From Halalkalibacterium halodurans (GTDB lineage Bacteria > Bacillota > Bacilli > Bacillales > Bacillaceae_D), in NCBI RefSeq assembly GCF_004376175.1, contig NZ_SNUY01000009.1, positions 64,213-84,892 on the forward strand: DNA of 20,680 bases, given 5' to 3'. Positions 7,830-15,358 of the stretch are shown in pieces. A program made the translations under genes and the position numbers. The notes beneath the pieces were generated by a model, which saw only the letters and a program-made list of their open reading frames with translations, was not told the origin of the DNA and made no database searches. Position 1 is the first letter of the stretch. Each line of letters starts with the position of its first letter.

Positions 7830-9139
7830 ATAAGTTTGTGTAACGGTCTTAGGGTACTCCTCGAATAGGGTTTCTAGCTTATGGCCCGGAGTAGCGTTGC
7901 TTGAACATTTCTTGTAAAGCTTCGTAGGCCTCACCAAAACCACGAAGCCTACGTGTCGCCCAGCGTTCGTTATAGTCAATCGCTTGGAGATACACGATCT
8001 TCTCCGCCGCTTTCTCATTGGGTAAGCTGTTCATCGTTTTCGTACGTTTCTTTATTTCTTTCATTGTTCGTTCGATAATATTCGTCGTGTAGATCATGGG
8101 CCTGATCGTAGAAGGATACGACAAGAACGTCAAAAGGACATCTAAGTCCTTCTCCCAAGTAGCCACCACTTTTGGATAACGCTTTTGCCAATTTTCTTTA
8201 AACTCCTTAAAGCGGTTTTTCGCTTCCTCATACGTATTGGCTTGATAAATCGGCTTGAAGTCCTGGGCAACGGCTGGTTGATCTTTCTTCCGAACAGCGT
8301 GTAAGGCATTTCGCACCTTATGAACCACACACCGCTGGACATCTGCCTTTGGATAGACGGCCTTCATCGCTTCTTCTAGCCCAGCTAAGCCATCAAATAC
8401 ACCAAGGAGGACTTCTTCTAAGCCGCGGCTATAGAGATCGAGAAGAATGTTTCGCCATCCATTCGCACTTTCTTGACCCCCTACATAAAAACCTAGGATT
8501 TCTCGGTAGCCTTCTTCTGTTACGCCAACGACAAGGTACACCACTTCATTCGCCACATCCTCTCGGCGTAGCTTGAGGTAGGTCCCATCTAGATAGAGCA
8601 CGGAATAACGCTTTTTTAGGGGCCGCTGTTGCCACTGAGTGATATCTTCTGTCACAACATCTGTCACTTGACTGATCGTTGATGCTGAGTATGAGTGACC
8701 CAGAATCTTTTCAATAAAGTGACCGATCTCACGTGTGCTAACCCCTTTTTGATACATGGTGATGATGGCTTCTCCTAGCCACTCTTCTCGACGTTGGTAT
8801 GGAGAAAATAGCTCGGTTTGAAAGGCATTTTGGCGATCTCGTGGAACGCGTAGATTCTCCAGTCGGCCATATCTTGTATCCAACTGGCGAGTGTAAAAGC
8901 CATTCTTTTGGTTTTTTAATTCTGGATGTTCATGCGTAAAGAAACTTTCCATTTCTTCTTTCATGATGGTTTCGAGCTTCTCTTTTACAAATTCACGAAC
9001 CATAGAATCTAATTGATTTTCAAATGTACTTTGTCCTATACTAGTACTCATAGGTAGGGCCTCTCCTCTCAGTTGGTTTAGCGGTTAACTAGAGGGTACC
9101 CTACCTCTTTTTTTGATTCAACGCCTTTACACAAACTAT
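7830..9139 (-). mobile_element. IS256-family insertion sequence (~1.31 kb)
   Basis: Imperfect terminal inverted repeats: ATAAGTTTGTGTAACGG at 7830-7846 versus the reverse complement of 9124-9139, ATAGTTTGTGTAAAGG. A subterminal TAGGGTAC occurs at both ends. The boundaries are uncertain by a few bp. Confidence 0.8.
7879..9051 (-). CDS. IS256-family (MULE/Transposase_mut) transposase
   Basis: Intact 390-aa ORF. Typical IS256 blocks are present: GFYTRQLDTRYG, LRVPRDR, YLDGTYLKLR, QRCVVHKVRN. Confidence 0.92.
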   Translation of the reverse strand: MSTSIGQSTFENQLDSMVREFVKEKLETIMKEEMESFFTHEHPELKNQKNGFYTRQLDTRYGRLENLRVPRDRQNAFQTELFSPYQRREEWLGEAIITMYQKGVSTREIGHFIEKILGHSYSASTISQVTDVVTEDITQWQQRPLKKRYSVLYLDGTYLKLRREDVANEVVYLVVGVTEEGYREILGFYVGGQESANGWRNILLDLYSRGLEEVLLGVFDGLAGLEEAMKAVYPKADVQRCVVHKVRNALHAVRKKDQPAVAQDFKPIYQANTYEEAKNRFKEFKENWQKRYPKVVATWEKDLDVLLTFLSYPSTIRPMIYTTNIIERTMKEIKKRTKTMNSLPNEKAAEKIVYLQAIDYNERWATRRLRGFGEAYEALQEMFKQRYSGP

Positions 9140-9141
9140 CG

Positions 9142-9309
9142 TACATCATCAACATCTTTTTTGCGGCACAATTCTGTCTGTATACCAGTTTGCTAATAGA
9201 AGTTGTTCAATTTATAACTAGAAGAGGTTATTTTGATATAGATGATATTATTTTAAATACAGTTGGAGGATTATTAGGAATTTTCATTTGTAGATTGTAT
9301 ATAAAATAA
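9142..9309 (+). pseudogene. 3' fragment of a VanZ-family membrane protein gene
   Basis: The translation ...SLLIEVVQFITRRGYFDIDDIILNTVGGLLGIFICRLYIK* matches the conserved VanZ C-terminal motif (E..Q....R..D.dD...N..GG..G). It has no start codon and begins at the IS256 end. Confidence 0.6.
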
Positions 9310-9450
9310 GGGTATCTTAGCCCTGAATTGTTCTTCGTTAGTAGAGTAAACTAATAAAACTTTATCGTGTCTTTTTAAAGCTATAATTACAGTCTAGCCT
9401 GTTATCATTATGATCCTCCTACTGCCTACAAATCGCTGTAAAAGATTAAT

Positions 9451-9800
9451 CTAGCCCTTGATAGTTCTAGATACATATACTTGATTAACTAGCCCCAGAT
9501 CAGAAGGTATGTATAAACAGGACAGACTTAAACCCCTTCCCAGAACTAAATCTGTTCTGTTGCAACACCCGAAGGTTTTAGGCGTGTTGATATAATGGCA
9601 CACATTCCACTCGGCAGTCATGCCACTGAAATCGTACGTGCTATGACAATCACGGGCCAATTCAACTGTATAACCGTGAATGCCCACTTCTCACGATTGT
9701 ATGGACGCAATAATTGGTTTGTATGCCGCATAGCACCAAACCTTTAATCCATTGCGCCCTTTTAATACAGCCCCCTTCTCTCCGTCATCCTTCCATACAG
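9451..9800 (-). pseudogene. decayed isochorismatase/cysteine-hydrolase family gene (C-terminal half, frameshifted)
   Basis: One frame reads ...IKGLVLCGIQTNYCVHTIVRSGHS and stops at 9662-9664. The tracked ORF in another frame continues GIHGYTVELARDCHSTYD. Together they rebuild the conserved G.QTNYCV..T.R.A...GY.V.L..D.HST.D pattern only across a frameshift. The N-terminal half is absent. Confidence 0.5.
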
Positions 9801-9839
9801 AAAAAAGAGCACGCACGCTTGTGGGGCTATCCATTAAAT

Positions 9840-9971
9840 TCAGTTTTTTTCATACTTTTTCGTTAAAATGGTAGCAATATAGATTAACACAAGTGCAGTA
9901 ATTCCTTCCCACATTCCTCCAAAAAAAAGTCCAGCGATGGCGCCAATAGCAATATAAACACTAAGTGCCAT
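9840..9971 (-). CDS. hypothetical 43-aa membrane peptide
   Basis: GGGAG lies 8 nt upstream of the ATG. The product is MALSVYIAIGAIAGLFFGGMWEGITALVLIYIATILTKKYEKN, two hydrophobic stretches and a basic tail. It is below the ORF-track cutoff and has no homology evidence. Confidence 0.4.
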   Translation of the reverse strand: MALSVYIAIGAIAGLFFGGMWEGITALVLIYIATILTKKYEKN

Positions 9972-10213
9972 TAAGATCACACTCCCACAAATTATCCATT
10001 ATAAGAACTATCATAACATTTAAATCTCTAGTACAAGTAATAACTTTAATGCTAGATTTTTGAAGTTTCCTCTTAGGACTTGATACTGTTAAAGAAACAG
10101 CCTAAGGTTGTTGTAGCAAGGAAAGAATTTTACTGATCCTTACGCTTCAGGTAGCGTGGGAGAATCGCACAGCCTCATAAAAGACGGCTCCCGCACCTAT
10201 TTCAGCAGAAATA

Positions 10214-10261
10214 GAAAAAGGCCGGTACTCGATTCACCAATTGATCGAGAGAAACCGGCCT
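10214..10261 (-). terminator. rho-independent terminator downstream of the YjcZ-like gene
   Basis: On the minus strand, AGGCCGGT...ACCGGCCT pairs as an outer stem, extended by CTCGAT/ATCGAG inside, and is followed by TTTTT. It lies 15 nt after the stop codon. Confidence 0.75.
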
Positions 10262-10275
10262 CTTGGAGACTGCTA

Positions 10276-10533
10276 TTAGCATTTAGGGAAACTAGAGCCT
10301 ACAATGATTAATAGAATAAACAACACTACTATTAATACAAAGCCGTGGCCATGCTTACGAGGAGCAGGCATTCCGTATCCGAAAGCAGGAGCCGCATAAT
10401 AGGGCATAGGTTCCTCCATTACGCCAGCCACCATAGGAGGAGGGACATTTGCTCCTGCCATCATCGTAGGATGGACGTTTGGCGGTACATTTGCTCCTGC
10501 CATCATAGGAGATACATTTGCGTTAGGATACAT
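10276..10533 (-). CDS. YjcZ-family sporulation membrane protein with a Met/Pro/Ala-rich repeat extension
   Basis: The C-terminal GHGFVLIVVLFILLIIVG matches the tiny-TM YjcZ family signature (GGFALIVVLFILLIIVG). The N-terminus contains a 14-aa repeat, MMAGANVPP..., encoded by a 42-bp period; 20-bp exact copies lie at 10445-10464 and 10487-10506. AAGGAAGTG lies upstream of the ATG. Confidence 0.75.
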   Translation of the reverse strand: MYPNANVSPMMAGANVPPNVHPTMMAGANVPPPMVAGVMEEPMPYYAAPAFGYGMPAPRKHGHGFVLIVVLFILLIIVGSSFPKC

Positions 10534-10662
10534 ATTCTAAGCACTTCCTTTTGGGTTAGTATATTTTCACTACAGTATACTCACCTAGTTAGAATATGAA
10601 CCTGTCTACTGACTAAATGGGTGAATGTCACTGTTTTATACAACAACAATCATTAGCAAGAA

Positions 10663-11505
10663 TTAGCCGTTGAGGGATAACAAATAATACTGATAATCCA
10701 TGCTGGAGATGGAACAAAGATTATGATGTATGACCGCTTTTGAATAATGATAGGTCGTGCGATCACTTTGTAGCGTTAAAAGATTTCGAATCGTTAGAGG
10801 AGAAATTCTTGTGATTAAATTGGCTAAATATGCGGGTTGCATACTCCCCGGAAATCGATACGAATTTAACGATTGTATCATCTGCTCCGCCGTCATGATA
10901 CCAAATCCGTGGCCAAAAAACGTTCCATCGCTCAACACAACGGCGTTTTCCCCGCGAAACCATGGTGTGTCTGGATGAAAATCTGGGTTATTAAAATACA
11001 CAACATCCCCAGGCAAAAAACGATCTGCATGGAAAGTGTGCAACTCTAATCCAGGATGGGTATGCCAGCTGTATAAATAGAGGTGTTGGAAAATAGAATC
11101 AAAACGAAGTTGGCCAATGCTTTTTAAAATCGCCTGATAATAGATAATGATAATGGCAGTCGCGCATTCAAATCCATAAAGGGTGCCGTTCCGATAAATG
11201 TCTAGAATGGCATCAGAAGGGCGCACATCGGACCTTACCAAAAATCCTCCAGTACTTGTCAACGTCCAATATTCAGGGTTACAACTCGCATGTTCAAAGA
11301 TGGTAAACGTCACCTGACTCGCATTCATCTCTTTCGCGCTTTCCATAATGTTGATTCGTACGTTCAATTCGAACCGAAGTTCATTCATGGAAGAGTAGGA
11401 AAACCATTCAGAAGAATCAAGCATTTGTTGAAGGATGGCTCTTTCTACCCTTCCGAAGTCCGTCGTGCTTGCTAAAGAGAACGGCCTTCCAGCTACCTGT
11501 ATCAT
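10663..11505 (-). CDS. tgl: protein-glutamine gamma-glutamyltransferase (spore coat transglutaminase)
   Basis: The product is collinear with B. subtilis Tgl as I recall it: MIQVAG start, ELRFEL..R.NI, YGFECATAIIIIYY with the catalytic Cys, WFRGENAV, GHGFGI. The preferred start is ATG 11505 (GGGGA 8 nt upstream) rather than the tracked 11517. Confidence 0.9.
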   Translation of the reverse strand: MIQVAGRPFSLASTTDFGRVERAILQQMLDSSEWFSYSSMNELRFELNVRINIMESAKEMNASQVTFTIFEHASCNPEYWTLTSTGGFLVRSDVRPSDAILDIYRNGTLYGFECATAIIIIYYQAILKSIGQLRFDSIFQHLYLYSWHTHPGLELHTFHADRFLPGDVVYFNNPDFHPDTPWFRGENAVVLSDGTFFGHGFGIMTAEQMIQSLNSYRFPGSMQPAYLANLITRISPLTIRNLLTLQSDRTTYHYSKAVIHHNLCSISSMDYQYYLLSLNG

Positions 11506-11817
11506 GTCATTCCCCATTTCATTTATTCTTTAGAGCTTTATCTAAATTTATATGAGCAGTAGGGGAAATACTTGCTACGGGGTTTTGCTGTCGTATCCTT
11601 GATCGGACAGCCTTTCTCTAATTGTTTCATTTAGAAGCACCATGCTCAAAGCGATTATGACAATCACGTTATCAAATTGTGTCTGAATACGGAAAGATGG
11701 TCCAACGCCCTTTCTTGCGTTTGTAAAACCATCAATCGAACCTTTAAAATGAAAGAAAGACCACCATGAGGAGGGCTTCCTATTAAAGAGATCCTCGCCC
11801 CATATCGCTCAAATCTT

Positions 11818-13500
11818 TTGGCCATGATGTTGCTCACCTTCTTGACTGGTGCAGCCATTATTATACAAGCGTACTTGATCGTCTCCATTATCGATCAGCT
11901 GTTTTTGCAATCGGCTACGTTTCAAGACGTGGTTCCATTGTTAATCGGGTTAATCGCCGCGTTATTCGCGCGAACCTTTAGCCGGCTAATCATCGATCGT
12001 ATCGGAAATCGTATTGCAACAGATGCAAAAATTCATATGCGCGCTAAGTTATTGCGTCATTTCACCAAAAAATCACTCACGTCTTCGTCAAAAACACGTA
12101 CCGGAGAAACAACGAGCTACTTTCTCGATACCGTTGATGAAACCGGGCCGTATTTTAATCAATACGTACCACAGATGATTCAATCGCTTATCATTCCCAT
12201 CCTCCTCCTAATTGTGATCTTTTGGGAACATTGGGCTTCTGGCGTCATCATTCTCGTGACTGCGCCGTTTCTTTTCGTTTATATGATCATTATCGGGATG
12301 CGTACGGGAGACAAATCGAAAGAACAGATGGAGAAAATGGCCGACTTTTCTGGCATCTTTTTAGATACGCTGCAAGGGTTGAATACAATCAAATTTTTCG
12401 GTCAAACAAGGCAGCAACGCTCACGAATCAAGGAAAAAAGCCTTGAATTTCGTGAGGCGACGATGAACGTCTTGAAAATCGCCTTTAGTAACTCTTTGGC
12501 GTTGGAATTCATTTCGATGCTTAGCATTGGAATCATTGCGCTCGAAGTGGCCATTCGTATGATAATCGTGCAGGACACTATATTTGCTTCAGGCTTCTTA
12601 ATGCTCGTCTTAGCACCGGAACTGTATACAAAGTTAAAAGAGCTCGGCTCCGCCTTTCACTCAGGGAAAGCAAGCAAAGGCGCCCTTGAGAAGGTGAACG
12701 CTCTTCTCAAAGAGCCGGTCGAAGACATTCCGTGGGGCCATATCGTCCTCTCCGAGCAAGAACCGCCTTTGCTTCAAATGAAAAACGTTCATTTTCAATA
12801 TGGTGAAGGCTTTACCTTATCATCTATTGACTTTATCGCTCGACCTTACGAAAAAATCGCGATCATCGGGGCCACCGGTTCAGGGAAATCAACTTTGCTT
12901 CATTTGCTTGCCGGTCTGAACGCGGCAGACTCTGGTGAATACGATCTAAACGGCCACCCACGCGCTACTGTCGACAAGGCGTCATGGTTCAAGCAAATGA
13001 GCCTCATTTCTCAAGATGGCTATCTCTTTGCCGGTACGATCGGTGACAATATTGTCCTCGGTACCGATAAACCGAGAAACGAGGAAAGCATCATTCAAGC
13101 GGCAAAAGAAGCCGGTGTGTATGAATGGATTCAAGGATTACCTGAAGGACTGGATACGGTGATCGGCGAAGGTGGACGAGGATTGTCCGGTGGTGAGCGC
13201 CAACGGGTGCTTATGGCACGGGCATTTTACAAAAAGCCAAACGTCGTTCTATTTGATGAACCGACGGCCGGACTGGATCTAGAAACCGAGACCATTCTTC
13301 AAACATCACTTGAAAAACTCAACCAACAGTCAACCGTAATCATCGTCGCCCATCGCCTGTATACGATTCGCAAAGCCGATGTCATTGTTTTACTCGAGAA
13401 CGGGCGCGTGCGAGCTACCGGCAACCACGAAACGCTTTGGGAGAACGATTCACTTTATCGACAAATGATTACGACACAGCAAGGAGGGAGACGGGCATGA
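11818..13500 (+). CDS. cydD: thiol reductant ABC exporter subunit CydD (start uncertain, 11782-11824)
   Basis: Six-TM domain followed by an ABC ATPase: Walker A GATGSGKST, signature LSGGERQR, Walker B VVLFDEPT. It is translationally coupled to the next ABC gene by an ATGA overlap. The frame is open back to a TGA at 11767. See the finding on the start codon. Confidence 0.85.
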   Translation: MAMMLLTFLTGAAIIIQAYLIVSIIDQLFLQSATFQDVVPLLIGLIAALFARTFSRLIIDRIGNRIATDAKIHMRAKLLRHFTKKSLTSSSKTRTGETTSYFLDTVDETGPYFNQYVPQMIQSLIIPILLLIVIFWEHWASGVIILVTAPFLFVYMIIIGMRTGDKSKEQMEKMADFSGIFLDTLQGLNTIKFFGQTRQQRSRIKEKSLEFREATMNVLKIAFSNSLALEFISMLSIGIIALEVAIRMIIVQDTIFASGFLMLVLAPELYTKLKELGSAFHSGKASKGALEKVNALLKEPVEDIPWGHIVLSEQEPPLLQMKNVHFQYGEGFTLSSIDFIARPYEKIAIIGATGSGKSTLLHLLAGLNAADSGEYDLNGHPRATVDKASWFKQMSLISQDGYLFAGTIGDNIVLGTDKPRNEESIIQAAKEAGVYEWIQGLPEGLDTVIGEGGRGLSGGERQRVLMARAFYKKPNVVLFDEPTAGLDLETETILQTSLEKLNQQSTVIIVAHRLYTIRKADVIVLLENGRVRATGNHETLWENDSLYRQMITTQQGGRRA

Positions 13501-15224
13501 AGGTTTTAATGCCGTATGTAAAGATGATGTTCGTAGAGAAAAAAGACATCTTTCTTTCGATTTTTGCAGGGTTTATGGCAGGCATTACCGCCGTCGGGTT
13601 GTTTTCTGCGAGCGGGTATTTAATTTCACAGGCCGCACTCACTCCCCCGATTGCCACACTCATGGTCATCGTCGCTATCGTGAAACTGCTCGGGATTACT
13701 TCTGCCATCAGTCGGTACGGCGAACGGTACTTCTCCCACCGAGCGACATTTACGCTCCTAAGCAACATTCGCTTACGAGTGTATGAAAAGCTTGAGCCCG
13801 TCTCCTCAAAGATCTTACACCATTATCGGAGCGGTGACTTGCTTTCTCGCATTGTTGGCGATGTGGATTCCTTACAAAACCTATTGCTTCGAGTCGTCTA
13901 TCCACCGGTCGTGATGGTTTCCGTTTTTCTTGCGACTATTGCGTTTACGTCGATCTTCTCAGTCGGTACCGCTGTTCTATTGTTTATCGGTCTTTTGGCA
14001 ACGCTCCTCATCATTCCGACCGCTTTCTATGTCGGTCACCGCGCGATGAATCACCACATCCGTGAAACGAGAGGAAACCTGTCATCTACCTTTACGGAAT
14101 ATGTGTACGGCTTTCGAGAATTAACGATTCACCAAGCGACGGACGAACGTCAAGAACAGGTGCTCGCAGACATTCGGACGTATGAAAAGCAAAAGCAACA
14201 ATCTCAAGCGATTCATATGTGGAGCGATGCAACCGTTCATTTCTTCTCGCTTTTCGTCTCCGTTGCCGTTCTTGCGTACGCTGGCCTTCAAGTGGTAGAC
14301 GGCAACCTAGCAGGCATTTTACTCGCCATGCTTCTCATGATCTCGCTCACCGTCTTTGAGCAAGTCACGCCGATGGCATTACTCCCGTATCATTTGCAAG
14401 AAAGTGCCCATTCGGCCAAACGCCTCGAAGCTATAACGGCAGAGCCGATGGAACAACCAGAGCATGTGGACTACAACGGTCAAACCGCTCCCGACCTTTC
14501 GTTGCAACATGTCACCTTTACGTTTGATGAAGAGCAACGCCCTGCGCTTCAAGACGTGTCATTTTACGTGAAGCCAGGCAGTAAAACCGCGATCATCGGG
14601 GCGAGTGGCTCTGGCAAATCGACGATCGCCCACTTGATCTTGAAGTCGTTTCCATACAGGAAAGGCTCGATTACAGTGAACGGCACCGAACTCAAACATA
14701 TCGATGAAAAAAAGTGGTGGAAAACGATAAACATGTCCCTACAATCCAACCATTTTTTCGTCGGGACGCTTGAAGAAAATCTTCGCATCGCAAATGAGAA
14801 CGCGAGTGTAGAGGAAATGGCGCGCGCCCTACAGCAAGTTGAACTGTCCCACCTCCAGTTAGGTGATCGTGTAGACGAGAAAGGCGCCAACTTATCGGGT
14901 GGTGAAAAGCAACGTCTCGCCATAGCAAGATTACTTCTTCGCCGCCATGCCACCCTTTGGATTCTCGATGAGCCGACCTCTTCTCTCGATGCATTGACGG
15001 AAGAGCGCATGCTACAATTACTATTCAACCAAGCAAAGGGCGCCACGATGCTCTTCATCAGTCACCGCTTAACCGGCCTGGAAGACATGGATCAGATTCT
15101 CGTGGTCGATCAAGGAAAAATCATCGAAACCGGAACGTATGAACAGCTTATGGAGCAGAACGGATATTTTAGAAGAATGAAAGAGCTCGAGCGTGAGTTG
15201 TTTGCGATCGAAAAAAGCACCTAG
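13497..15224 (+). CDS. cydC: thiol reductant ABC exporter subunit CydC
   Basis: The ATG at 13497 overlaps the cydD stop (ATGA), with AAGGAGGGA 8 nt upstream. Motifs present: GASGSGKST, LSGGEKQR, LWILDEPT. The 20 upstream codons of the tracked ORF overlap cydD and are not needed. Confidence 0.88.
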   Translation: MKVLMPYVKMMFVEKKDIFLSIFAGFMAGITAVGLFSASGYLISQAALTPPIATLMVIVAIVKLLGITSAISRYGERYFSHRATFTLLSNIRLRVYEKLEPVSSKILHHYRSGDLLSRIVGDVDSLQNLLLRVVYPPVVMVSVFLATIAFTSIFSVGTAVLLFIGLLATLLIIPTAFYVGHRAMNHHIRETRGNLSSTFTEYVYGFRELTIHQATDERQEQVLADIRTYEKQKQQSQAIHMWSDATVHFFSLFVSVAVLAYAGLQVVDGNLAGILLAMLLMISLTVFEQVTPMALLPYHLQESAHSAKRLEAITAEPMEQPEHVDYNGQTAPDLSLQHVTFTFDEEQRPALQDVSFYVKPGSKTAIIGASGSGKSTIAHLILKSFPYRKGSITVNGTELKHIDEKKWWKTINMSLQSNHFFVGTLEENLRIANENASVEEMARALQQVELSHLQLGDRVDEKGANLSGGEKQRLAIARLLLRRHATLWILDEPTSSLDALTEERMLQLLFNQAKGATMLFISHRLTGLEDMDQILVVDQGKIIETGTYEQLMEQNGYFRRMKELERELFAIEKST

Positions 15225-15246
15225 CAGGGAAAATCCTGCTGGGTGC
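15217..15246. terminator. bidirectional rho-independent terminator between the convergent cydDC and cydAB units
   Basis: GCACCTAGCAGG (15217-15228) pairs with CCTGCTGGGTGC (15235-15246): 11 Watson-Crick pairs plus one internal G-U pair, with a 6-nt loop. It is flanked by A6 on one side and TTCTGTTT on the other. The cydC stop codon lies inside the stem. Confidence 0.8.
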
Positions 15247-15252
15247 TTCTGT

Positions 15253-15354
15253 TTACTCGGTATTATCTTTACTCGCAACATAAAACGCCATCACAATGGC
15301 TCCGACAATGACAATAAACGGGGCGACAAAAATCAGAAAATCATCAAATGACAT
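15253..15354 (-). CDS. 33-aa single-helix peptide, candidate small subunit of cytochrome bd (CydS/CydX-like)
   Basis: The ATG lies 4 nt after the cydB TGA, with GGGAG 7 nt upstream inside the cydB 3' end. The product MSFDDFLIFVAPFIVIVGAIVMAFYVASKDNTE has one TM helix and a polar tail. The ORF ends just before the shared terminator. It is not in the ORF track because it is shorter than 60 aa. Confidence 0.6.
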   Translation of the reverse strand: MSFDDFLIFVAPFIVIVGAIVMAFYVASKDNTE

Positions 15355-15358
15355 CTGC

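Noticed and set aside
4850-11769. Two in-frame TGA codons (IS1182 transposase, cydD leader) as evidence for UGA reassignment
   Set aside because: TGA terminates several well-defined genes in the same window (cydD, cydB, IS630 OrfA) at positions that fit family lengths, so the standard code applies.
11664-11888. 74-aa minus-strand ORF opposite the cydD start
   Set aside because: It overlaps the cydD 5' end in antisense. It has no SD and an implausible composition.
13469-15058. Long antisense ORFs inside cydD/cydC (13469..13768, 14564..15058, 14692..14994, minus strand)
   Set aside because: They lie entirely within well-supported ABC transporter genes on the opposite strand. They have no SD sequences and their composition is low-complexity and Arg/Ser-rich, typical of antisense frames.
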